DNA of 32,778 nucleotides from Alphaproteobacteria bacterium (GTDB taxonomy: Bacteria; Pseudomonadota; Alphaproteobacteria; Rs-D84): contig JAFZTZ010000103.1 of assembly GCA_017618595.1 (NCBI GenBank), forward strand, positions 1 through 32,778, written 5' to 3'. Made by a program: the position numbers and the translations under genes. The notes under the pieces are model-generated. The model did not search any database and was not told the DNA's origin. It saw nothing but the letters and a program-made list of their open reading frames with translations. This document shows positions 1-12,777 of this stretch, piece after piece; position 1 is the first letter of the stretch, and every line of letters starts with the position of its first letter.

Positions 1-1698
1 CTGTTCTTCTATTTTTGCTTTAAACTCAACATCTGGCGCAGGAAGACCAGCATCTTCAAAAGCGGTCTTTAGCTTTTCGCACTTTCTCTGTGTTGTACCT
101 ACACAATAATACTCAAAAACGAGGGGCATAGACTGCTTTTCAACACTACTACATTCCTGTTCCAAAATGGACTCTGCAAGCAGCGTGTTGGCATGTCCAT
201 CACGATTCACGGTATTATTTGATTGTTGGGGTGTGGAACCCTGGGTGCATTTTGATTTATCTATGTTACAGAACCATTCCCTGCCATAACTTGTTTGATT
301 AACGCCCCAATTACCACCTAATTTATCACACCAATAATGATAACCCGCCGCGTTCTTTATTTCCAATGTCAATGTTCTCTCATCACGATAGGCAGGCATT
401 AGTGCACCACCAACATGTCCCGTTTCGCCGCCGTTATTGCAGAAACGTTCTTGTGTCAAGCCATATGAATTTTGATTATCATCCAATATTGTCCAATCTG
501 GTGTATAAGCATTCGGCGCGGATCCCGATTGGCTTAGCGAAGATGAATGCAAACCGCCATCCCCAGAACTGCTAAGTGGCTTTGCAGCAATCGGTGTAAC
601 ATTTATTGTCCCAGGAACGCATTTACCCTGTTGTTTGTTGTATGTGGCGGTTGGATCCAAACATGTGCATTGTCTTTTATTTTCTGTTTGTGTCATCTTG
701 TCTGGACATATACAATCGCCGTCGGAATCACGTCCGGTTCCACCGCTATTCCGGCATTCTTCGTCCAATGCGGCGGTTAATTCATTCATACTGCGATAAT
801 ATACCGGTTGATCCGCAGGTGTATTTCCATTACCCGCGCCGGCATTATTATCCCGTATTTGGCTAAGGTATTCCGCCGCCCCAAGATCTTCGACATGTTT
901 CAACGTAGATCTATCCACAGTCGATAAATAATTTTTTAATCTGTTTAATGTTTCACACGCATCTCTCTCGTGTTCTTGAACGCCATTTGCGCTGTTATAC
1001 GATACGGTTGACCGCATCACATCCAGATTAACTGTAAATTTACTATAATCCCAATTAGGTGAAATTTGTACCGCCTTGTCACCCGGTATCATATAACCAT
1101 CGTGTGTATATAGTGCCGGTTTGCCTGCATCAAACCCAAATACCAATATCTGTTCTATTTCTTTTATACACCCAAGTATTGCGGCATCATTATTTGTCTG
1201 TATTGGCGCCGATGTTGTATTTTGTGTAATTGGTTTATCTTTGCATTCGCCGTTTACCCACATTCTGCCCAATTGTTCACATTCATATTGCACTCTATCG
1301 CGACATACACCATTTACATATACATGCGTACCATCAGATTCACATGCCATGCGTTTTTGTGCGGCATTACGTCTTGCGATTTCTGAATTTATCTCTACAA
1401 CCTTGGCCTGTTGTTTTTCCAGTTCCAAATTCTTTTCTTCTATCTGTTCCGTCAATTTGTTGCTCTTGCTGGCCTGGGCAATATTTACCCCCACACCAAC
1501 CGCCGTTAATCCAATTGTTGATATACCCGCAATCATAAACCCTTTGCGTTTACCATCGCATTCTTCAAGTTTTGATACCTTTTCTTGCTTTTCACGTACC
1601 AGACGCTGAATCTGTGATGTCATATTTACTGCATTCGCGTCATGCGCAACACAAAGAGCCGATAAACATATTATCGAAGTATATCCTATGAATTTCAT
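1..1698 (-). CDS. Large secreted Cys-rich hypothetical protein (partial, at least 566 aa, 3' end beyond window)
   Basis: Manually translated; absent from the ORF track because it has no stop in the window. ATG at 1698 follows a purine-rich RBS (AGGGGG). The frame is open to position 1. Signal peptide MKFIGYTSIICLSALCVAHDANA, then coiled coil, hydrophobic segment, coiled coil and many Cys pairs. Confidence 0.85.
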   Translation of the reverse strand, partial: MKFIGYTSIICLSALCVAHDANAVNMTSQIQRLVREKQEKVSKLEECDGKRKGFMIAGISTIGLTAVGVGVNIAQASKSNKLTEQIEEKNLELEKQQAKVVEINSEIARRNAAQKRMACESDGTHVYVNGVCRDRVQYECEQLGRMWVNGECKDKPITQNTTSAPIQTNNDAAILGCIKEIEQILVFGFDAGKPALYTHDGYMIPGDKAVQISPNWDYSKFTVNLDVMRSTVSYNSANGVQEHERDACETLNRLKNYLSTVDRSTLKHVEDLGAAEYLSQIRDNNAGAGNGNTPADQPVYYRSMNELTAALDEECRNSGGTGRDSDGDCICPDKMTQTENKRQCTCLDPTATYNKQQGKCVPGTINVTPIAAKPLSSSGDGGLHSSSLSQSGSAPNAYTPDWTILDDNQNSYGLTQERFCNNGGETGHVGGALMPAYRDERTLTLEIKNAAGYHYWCDKLGGNWGVNQTSYGREWFCNIDKSKCTQGSTPQQSNNTVNRDGHANTLLAESILEQECSSVEKQSMPLVFEYYCVGTTQRKCEKLKTAFEDAGLPAPDVEFKAKIEEQ

Positions 1699-1766
1699 AA
1701 CATCCCCCCTGTGACAAAATCACCTGACTATATTATATCATAAATTTGGAGTAATAAAAAATAGAA

Positions 1767-2831
1767 TTATTCTGATTTCAATTCAGAACGAATATGCGCC
1801 ATCGTCGCGACACGTCCACGAATAACATCATTCAGGTTTGCACCTGTCATATCCGCCGCATATTGAATTGCATTTGCGAATGCCAGCGCATCAGAATTAC
1901 CGTGCGTTTTCACCGCGAACCCATTAAGCCCCAAAAACGTTGCGCCCGCATATGAACGCGGATCAATTTTATGCTTTAACCGTTTGAAAACATGTACCAA
2001 GAAAAATGCACCAAGAACCGCCAAAATAGATTTTTTCATATTTTCGGTAATAACACGTTTAATCAATTTCGCCGTTCCTTCTACTGTCTTTAAAACGATA
2101 TTCCCGGTAAAACCGTCTGTTACGACAACCTGAACGCGCCCGGCACTAATATCTGTTGGTTCAACAAATCCAAGATATTCATACGGCAATTCATCACGAT
2201 GTGCCAACAAAACATTATTTACGCGCTGCAATGTTTCGTTTCCCTTGGTTTCTTCTTCGCCAATATTCAACACACCAAGTTTTGGTCGCACCATTTTTCC
2301 GATAATTTCGGCATACACACCACCAAGAATTGTAAAATCAAACAGATTTTCCGCATCACATTGAACATTGGCGCCCAAATCTAAAACAACCACACGTGAA
2401 TCACCCGCCCCCGATGGCAACATTGTTGTTATTGCCGGGCGTGAAATTCCATCAATTGTTTTTAACGCCAATTTAGACAAAGACATTAAAACACCGGTAT
2501 TTCCCGAACTGACCACCGCCGCAGAATTACCTTCGCGAACATCTTTGATGGCCATATACATAGATGTATCTTGGGCATGACGAATAACATCGCGTACTTT
2601 ATCCGTTCCACGAATTACACCCGGGGCATTTATAACCACCGAATTACGCGCAACACGTGGATAACGTGCCATCAATTTACGCAAAACCTTTTCATCACCA
2701 AAAATACGGAAAGTTATAGATGATTCACCATGCTGATATAAAAATTGGTTCATTCCACCAAGAACCGCGGCGGGACCTTTGTCGCCACCCATCGCATCAA
2801 TTGCAATAATTTTTCTATCGTTTTCCATCAT
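1767..2831 (-). CDS. plsX: Phosphate acyltransferase PlsX
   Basis: IAIDAMGGD N-terminus; SSGNTG, LDLGAN, LNIGEEETKG, VVTDGFTGN and KTHGNS motifs; adjacent to rpmF. Confidence 0.97.
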   Translation of the reverse strand: MMENDRKIIAIDAMGGDKGPAAVLGGMNQFLYQHGESSITFRIFGDEKVLRKLMARYPRVARNSVVINAPGVIRGTDKVRDVIRHAQDTSMYMAIKDVREGNSAAVVSSGNTGVLMSLSKLALKTIDGISRPAITTMLPSGAGDSRVVVLDLGANVQCDAENLFDFTILGGVYAEIIGKMVRPKLGVLNIGEEETKGNETLQRVNNVLLAHRDELPYEYLGFVEPTDISAGRVQVVVTDGFTGNIVLKTVEGTAKLIKRVITENMKKSILAVLGAFFLVHVFKRLKHKIDPRSYAGATFLGLNGFAVKTHGNSDALAFANAIQYAADMTGANLNDVIRGRVATMAHIRSELKSE

Positions 2832-2891
2832 GTATAAAAAATGCAGATAGGCACGAATGCGTGCCCAATCTGCGATTATTTTATTTGTGTT

Positions 2892-3041
2892 TTATTTTGC
2901 ACCGCATGCAGGACATACGTGATGTGGGCGTTTCTTTTCGCCACATGTTTTGCATACACCGCATGGCATTATAGACAATGCGTCATGGCTGCGACGTTGT
3001 GCGCCACGTGCTTTACTTGTTTTACTTCTTGGCGTTGCCAT
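2892..3041 (-). CDS. rpmF: 50S ribosomal protein L32 (49 aa, Zn-ribbon form)
   Basis: Manual translation MATPRSKTSKARGAQRRSHDALSIMPCGVCKTCGEKKRPHHVCPACGAK*. RRSH and RPHHVC motifs, AAGGA RBS, position upstream of plsX. Confidence 0.95.
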   Translation of the reverse strand: MATPRSKTSKARGAQRRSHDALSIMPCGVCKTCGEKKRPHHVCPACGAK

Positions 3042-3071
3042 TTTCTATCCTTTTTTATTTTTCTTCCGTTT

Positions 3072-3099
3072 ATTTTATTACAATATCTGGTTTTTGCAA
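3072..3099 (-). promoter_or_regulatory. Putative sigma70 promoter for rpmF-plsX
   Basis: TTGCAA-16 nt-TAAAAT on the - strand upstream of rpmF. Confidence 0.45.
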
Positions 3100-3163
3100 G
3101 AAAAAGTTTATCCGTTGTTGGCTAATCGGTGGGTGGCACGACACGCGCCACCCGCCTGTATCC

Positions 3164-7273
<4,110 letters not shown>

Positions 7274-7300
7274 ATTTTCTAACTCCTTAGTTAGTTTTTA

Positions 7301-7380
7301 TTAGTGGTTAGTGATAGTGATTAGTGTTGGCAGTGATTAGTAAAATTTACTAACCACTAACCACTTACACTATCCACTAA
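7301..7380. repeat. Imperfect palindrome built from TTAGTGG-like heptamer repeats in the rpoB-rpoC spacer
   Basis: Left arm TTAGTGG TTAGTG ATAGTGA TTAGTG...GATTAGTAAA; right arm TTTACTAA CCACTAA CCACTTA CACTAT CCACTAA. Confidence 0.8.
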
Positions 7381-10300
7381 TCAATCTTCTTTGGTGTCAT
7401 CGCCAACCCAAGTCCGCGCAATTCGCGTACGAACACGTTAAACGCTTCTGGGGTTCCTGTTTGGATATCATCACTGCCCGAAATGATGGATTCGTACATT
7501 TTGTTACGTCCAACAATATCGTCCGACTTTACCGTCAACATTTCACGCAGCAAGTGCGCCGCACCATGTGCTTCCAACGCCCAAACTTCCATTTCTCCAA
7601 GACGCTGACCACCCATGTGTGCTTTACCAGACAACGGCTGTTGTGTAACAAGTGAATAACTTGCCGTAGAACGTGCGTGAATCTTTTCATCAACAAAGTG
7701 ATGCAGTTTCAACATGTACATTACACCAACCGTAACTGGACGTGCAAACTTTTCACCCGTAACACCGTCGTACAATGTGAATTGACCGGTTTCTGGTAAT
7801 TTCGCCAGTTTCAACATCTTGCGAACATCTTCTGGGGTTGCACCGTCGAATGTTGGCGTTGCCATTGGCACACCATCACGCAACAATGCGGCCTGGGCAC
7901 GAACATCCGTATCGGTCATCTTGGCCAATTTTTCGGCTGTTTCTTTGCCATATATCTTGCCCATAATCGCACGCAAATCGTCGGTAACCGCGCGTTTTTG
8001 TTTTACTTCATCCAATACCGCGCCAATTTGTTCACCTAATGCACGTGCCGCCATACCAAGATGGGTTTCCAAAATCTGACCAAAGTTCATACGACTTGGC
8101 ACACCAAGTGGGTTCAGAACAATGTCAACTGGGGTTCCATCTTCCATGTGTGGCATATCTTCGATTGGAACAACGCGGGATACGATACCCTTGTTTCCGT
8201 GACGACCGGCCATTTTATCACCTGGCTGCAATTTCATCTTGTGCGCGATGTAAACTTTGACTTCTTTTAATACACCTGCGTTCAAAGAATTGCTTTCGGT
8301 TGCCTTTTCGATTTCGCGATCTGCATTTTCGTTCAGCTGTTTCAGTTTGATTAAATGCTGTTCACGCAATTCATCAATCTTGGCCTGAACTTCTTTATTG
8401 GCGACCGCCAATTTCTTGATATCAACCGGTTTAATCGCATCAAAAACTTCTTGTGTAAGTTTTTTGTTGATAAACGGTTTAATTGTGCCCGTACCAGATT
8501 CAATTGTTTGACCTTCGGCCATTTGGAATACCTGGTCTGCAAAGCCCTTTTCAATAATCAAGATTTCTTCGTCACGATCTTTGTTAATCTTGTTAATCTT
8601 TTCAAGTTCTATCATCTGGGTGCGTTCATCTTTCTTGACACCGTGACGTGTCAAAATGTTCACACCGATAACGGTTCCTTCTTCGTTTGGACCAACGCGC
8701 AAAGACGTATCTTTAACATTTTGTGCCTTGTCACCAAAGATGTTACGCAATAACGCTTCTTCTGGTGTCAGCAATGTTTCGGACTTTGGTGAAACGTGAC
8801 CGACCAAAATATCGCCCTGTTTCACACGCGCACCGATGTAAATGATACCAGATTCGTCCAAGTTCTTTAACGCTTCTTCGCTGACGTTTGGAATATCACG
8901 TGTTAAACTTTCTGGTCCCAATTGCGTATCACGAACCTTGATTTCTTTTTCAACGATTTTCACAGATGTGTAAACATCATCACGTGAAATCTTTTCGGAA
9001 ATCACGATAGAGTCTTCATAGTTATATCCGCGCCACGGCACAAACGCCACCAACACGTTACGTCCCAACGCCAATTCACCATAGTTCATAGACGAACCAT
9101 CGGCAATGATGTCGCCCGCAGAAATACGATCGCCGGCCTTGACCAATGGTTTCTGGTGCAAAATTGTATCGTTGTTTGAACGTTCATATTTTTCAAGGTT
9201 ATAAATATCAACACCCGTCACAACATTGCGGCTGTTCATACATTTTACCACGATACGATTTGCGTCGGCTGATTCGACAATACCGCTGTGCTTTGCAACT
9301 TTACCTGTACGGGAATCACGTGCAACTTCGCGTTCGATACCAGTTCCAACCAATGGTGTTTGTACACGCATTAACGGAACGGCCTGACGTTGCATGTTTG
9401 AACCCATCAAAGCACGGTTCGCGTCGTCGTTTTCAACGAATGGAATAAGTCCCGTTGATATAGACACCACCTGACGCGGTTCAACGTCGATTAAGTCAAC
9501 TTCGGCGCGTGGCACACGTGTAAATTCACCATCAACACGTGCCGTAACCAATTCTTCGGTCAAAACACCTTTGTCGTTTGTTGGGGTATTACCCTGGGCA
9601 ATCTTGTGACCCAATTCTTCATCTGCGGTCAAATATACCATTTTGTCGGTAATCTTGCTGTTTTCTACAACATAGTATGGTGTTTCGATAAACCCATATG
9701 GATTAACACGTGCATACGATGCAAGGTGGTTAATCAAACCAATGTTTGCACCTTCGGGCGTGTTAATTGGGCATAAACGACCATAGTGTGTTGGGTGGAC
9801 GTCGCGGACATCAATGCCGGCGCGTTCACGGTTAAGCCCCCCAGGACCCAACGCAGAAATACGACGTTTATGTTCCAATTCGGACAACGGGTTATACGCA
9901 TCCATAAACTGTGACAATTGACTTGTCCCAAGGAATTCTGCGACCAATGACATCAATGGATTTACATTAACAACATCTTGGGGTTGCATTGTCGCAATAT
10001 TTGGTGATGATAAGCTTTCGCGAACCAGACGTTCTATACGAACCATACCGGTACGGAAATTTTGTTCCAACAATTCACCAACCGTGCGAACACGACGATT
10101 TGACAAGTTATCAATATCATCAATTGTATCTTTGTGATCAATGATATTGGTCAATGTTTTCAAAACCGCCAAGAAATCGCCCTTGGTCAACAAGCGTTCA
10201 TCTTCTGGCTTTTTCCCAGAATCAATTTTCAAACGTTTGTTCATTTTGAAACGACCAACCGGTGACAAATCATAGTAAGCCAATTCAAAGCCTTGACGCA

Positions 10301-11513
10301 TAAACAGGTTGATCGCCGCTTCTAATGTTGGACGTTCACCCGGTCTGATGATGTTATAAATTTCAATCAAAGCTTCTTCACGATTTGCTGTCTTGTCTGC
10401 GGCCAATGTATTGCGCATATGTGCAGACAATGTGGTATTATCAATGGATATAAGTGATATTTCCTTGATACCCAATTTTTCAATATCCGCCAAGACTTCT
10501 TCGGTGATTTCGGTACCCGCCGGGTATAAAACCTGATCGCCAGACATAATCGGATCAAACAGATATTCACCAACCAGCGCATCCGGCAAAATACCAAATT
10601 CTTTGGATGCAGCGGTGATTTTCGCCAAACGTTTTGCGTTCAAACGATCACCCTTGTTCGCCAATGCCTTTTTATCTTTTGGATTTATCAAATCGTAATT
10701 CAAACGATATTTATCCAAACCTTCAAAGACGTTGGTTGCACCAACCCACATCTTGCCATTTGTTTTTAATGGAATCTTTTTATAGAACACAGACAAGATT
10801 TCCGTATCGGTCATACCACGAATAGTTGTTTTGCGTGGTTCGGCCAACCATTTCTTTTCGTCTTCGGCACATGGCAAGCAACGTAACAACACCGTTGCAG
10901 GTATTTTACGACGACGATCAATACGGACGTAAATAACGCCCTTGGATTCTTCAAAGTCAATCCAAGAACCGTGTTCTGGGATAATACGCGCAGTATACGT
11001 AATAGGATTACCGGCGATTTTGGCTTCCTTGGTGGTTGCGAAAACAACACCTTGGGTACGATGCATTTGCGAAACGATAACACGTTCAACACCAGATGCA
11101 ATAAAACTGCCACGTTCGGTCATAAGTGGCACTTCGCCCATAAAGATTTCTTGTTCTTTGATATCGCGCAAAGTTTTTTTGCCGTCTTCGGCGACGTCCC
11201 ATAAAATTAATCTCAGCTTCAATTTCAATTTGCTGGAATACGTCATTTTGCGTGCAAGGCATTCTTTCACGTTGTACGCAGGTTTTTCCAAATTGTATTC
11301 AACGAATTCCAATTCGGCGGCCCCCGCATAATCCTTGATTGGGAACATGGAAGAAAATACATTTTGCAATCCCACATTTCTACGATTTTGTGGTGCAACA
11401 TCTGCCTGCAAAAACTCTTTGTAAGAGTTGTATTGTATTTCAATCAAATCAGGAAGCGGAGTTTGCAAAAAACTTTTACCGAACGATTTTCTAAGTTTTT
11501 GGATAACTGCCAT
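7377..11513 (-). CDS. rpoB: DNA-directed RNA polymerase subunit beta
   Basis: SQLSQFMD...HKRRISALGPGGL, RALMGSNMQRQAVP, GDKMAGRHGNKG, GGQRLGEMEVWALEA. Confidence 0.99.
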   Translation of the reverse strand: MAVIQKLRKSFGKSFLQTPLPDLIEIQYNSYKEFLQADVAPQNRRNVGLQNVFSSMFPIKDYAGAAELEFVEYNLEKPAYNVKECLARKMTYSSKLKLKLRLILWDVAEDGKKTLRDIKEQEIFMGEVPLMTERGSFIASGVERVIVSQMHRTQGVVFATTKEAKIAGNPITYTARIIPEHGSWIDFEESKGVIYVRIDRRRKIPATVLLRCLPCAEDEKKWLAEPRKTTIRGMTDTEILSVFYKKIPLKTNGKMWVGATNVFEGLDKYRLNYDLINPKDKKALANKGDRLNAKRLAKITAASKEFGILPDALVGEYLFDPIMSGDQVLYPAGTEITEEVLADIEKLGIKEISLISIDNTTLSAHMRNTLAADKTANREEALIEIYNIIRPGERPTLEAAINLFMRQGFELAYYDLSPVGRFKMNKRLKIDSGKKPEDERLLTKGDFLAVLKTLTNIIDHKDTIDDIDNLSNRRVRTVGELLEQNFRTGMVRIERLVRESLSSPNIATMQPQDVVNVNPLMSLVAEFLGTSQLSQFMDAYNPLSELEHKRRISALGPGGLNRERAGIDVRDVHPTHYGRLCPINTPEGANIGLINHLASYARVNPYGFIETPYYVVENSKITDKMVYLTADEELGHKIAQGNTPTNDKGVLTEELVTARVDGEFTRVPRAEVDLIDVEPRQVVSISTGLIPFVENDDANRALMGSNMQRQAVPLMRVQTPLVGTGIEREVARDSRTGKVAKHSGIVESADANRIVVKCMNSRNVVTGVDIYNLEKYERSNNDTILHQKPLVKAGDRISAGDIIADGSSMNYGELALGRNVLVAFVPWRGYNYEDSIVISEKISRDDVYTSVKIVEKEIKVRDTQLGPESLTRDIPNVSEEALKNLDESGIIYIGARVKQGDILVGHVSPKSETLLTPEEALLRNIFGDKAQNVKDTSLRVGPNEEGTVIGVNILTRHGVKKDERTQMIELEKINKINKDRDEEILIIEKGFADQVFQMAEGQTIESGTGTIKPFINKKLTQEVFDAIKPVDIKKLAVANKEVQAKIDELREQHLIKLKQLNENADREIEKATESNSLNAGVLKEVKVYIAHKMKLQPGDKMAGRHGNKGIVSRVVPIEDMPHMEDGTPVDIVLNPLGVPSRMNFGQILETHLGMAARALGEQIGAVLDEVKQKRAVTDDLRAIMGKIYGKETAEKLAKMTDTDVRAQAALLRDGVPMATPTFDGATPEDVRKMLKLAKLPETGQFTLYDGVTGEKFARPVTVGVMYMLKLHHFVDEKIHARSTASYSLVTQQPLSGKAHMGGQRLGEMEVWALEAHGAAHLLREMLTVKSDDIVGRNKMYESIISGSDDIQTGTPEAFNVFVRELRGLGLAMTPKKID

Positions 11514-11679
11514 GGGTTTCTATCCTTTTTTTTATTGTGCGTTTTGCAAACGAAACTATTACGTATACTTTTTTTCGCCCGTCGCCCGCCGATAGATTTC
11601 TCTACGGCGGGCACGGATTTTACCACGAATGTCGTGGCCACTATTTTTTTCGAACCATGTTGGCTCGGTCAGAATTAAA

Positions 11680-12048
11680 TTATTTCAATTCTACCTTTGC
11701 CCCAGCTGCTTCGATTGTTGCTTTCATTTTTTCAGCTTCATCTTTTGCAACTGCTTCTTTCACGGCCTTTGGTGCGGATTCGACCAAAGCTTTGGCTTCA
11801 CCCAATCCCAAACCTGTGATATCTTTCACGGCTTTGATAACCGCCAATTTGTTTGCACCAACATCTGTCAGAACGACATCAAATTCGCTCTTTTCTTCTG
11901 CAGCTGCACCGGCGGCTGGGCCTGCGGCGACTGCAACAGCAGCAGCTGCGCTAACGCCCCATGTTTCTTCTAATGCCTTGGACAATTCAACAGCTTCCAA
12001 GACTGTTAATTTTGACAATTCTTCAACTAATTTTTGAATGTCTGCCAT
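11680..12048 (-). CDS. rplL: 50S ribosomal protein L7/L12
   Basis: [45 protein letters not shown]; operon position. Confidence 0.99.
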   Translation of the reverse strand: MADIQKLVEELSKLTVLEAVELSKALEETWGVSAAAAVAVAAGPAAGAAAEEKSEFDVVLTDVGANKLAVIKAVKDITGLGLGEAKALVESAPKAVKEAVAKDEAEKMKATIEAAGAKVELK

Positions 12049-12092
12049 TTTTTGCTCCTATTTATTTTACTGGAAAGTTATATTCCAATAAT

Positions 12093-12572
12093 TTATTGAT
12101 TCTTTTTTCCATACTCTGCTGAAACACGTGCAAGGCGCGAACCTGGTTCGACCAAGATGCGTGCGATTGTACCACGTACTTCCAACAGCGACGGAAGCTT
12201 GGATAATTGCAAAATGCCGTCTTTGTTCAAGACATCTGCATCCATTTTACCACCGATAATGTTCAAATTTGCGTGTTCATCGGCAAATTTGGCCAACACT
12301 TTGGTAACCGCCAAGGCATCTGTTGCGACCGCAACCGCCGTTGGACGTTTCATCATATCGGATACATCTTCGAAATTGGTGCCCTTTAAGGCCAATTTCA
12401 TCAAACGGTTTTTAACAACCTTAAAGACCGAAACAACTGGGCGCAATTCATTGCGCAGCGCTTCGAATTCTTTAACGGTCAAACCGTTGTTTTCCACAAC
12501 GAAAACACCGTTTGCTTCTTGAAGAGACGACTGCAACGCTGAAATCAAAGTTGACTTTTCTTCGCGTTTCAT
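12093..12572 (-). CDS. rplJ: 50S ribosomal protein L10
   Basis: GLTVKEFEALR, KVVKNRLMKLAL, LSKLPS; lies between rplA and rplL. Confidence 0.97.
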   Translation of the reverse strand: MKREEKSTLISALQSSLQEANGVFVVENNGLTVKEFEALRNELRPVVSVFKVVKNRLMKLALKGTNFEDVSDMMKRPTAVAVATDALAVTKVLAKFADEHANLNIIGGKMDADVLNKDGILQLSKLPSLLEVRGTIARILVEPGSRLARVSAEYGKKNQ

Positions 12573-12660
12573 CTTTTTACCCTTACTTCTGATTCATGTA
12601 ACAGAATTACACAAACCACTTCTTGTTAAACTTTCCATCCGGTTTTATCCGGGATGGGAC

Positions 12661-12737
12661 CATTTCCTGTCCCAAAGAATTGTCTTTGTCTATGATGGAA
12701 ATTAAGCGTTTCCGCACCATCAGTCACGGACAGAAAT
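12661..12737 (-). promoter_or_regulatory. L10 leader (rplJ-rplL autoregulatory RNA structure)
   Basis: The - strand reads CTGTCCGTGACTGATGGTGCGGAAACGCTTAATTTCCATCATAGAC...GGGACAGGAAAT, matching the GAC...UUAA...UAGAC pattern of L10 leaders, with a closing stem, directly upstream of rplJ. Confidence 0.7.
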
Positions 12738-12777
12738 CTTGTTTGCGATTTATGGGTGCACCCACAAATCGCATTTA

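Noticed and set aside
366-1609. Several + strand ORFs in the track (69-162 aa)
   Set aside because: They are antisense shadows of the long - strand ORF 1-1698, which has an RBS and a signal peptide.
3128-3156. GGGTGGC/GCCACCC hairpin after rpoC as a terminator
   Set aside because: The stem is real but has no adjacent U-tract on the - strand, so it is not called.
7301-7380. Heptamer array as a CRISPR array or telomere-like repeat
   Set aside because: No 23-50 bp repeats with unique spacers and no cas genes; the units are degenerate and form a palindrome.
11575-11615. GC-rich hairpin between rplL and rpoB as an intrinsic terminator
   Set aside because: On the transcribed - strand it is followed by an A-tract rather than a U-tract; more likely a leader or processing structure.
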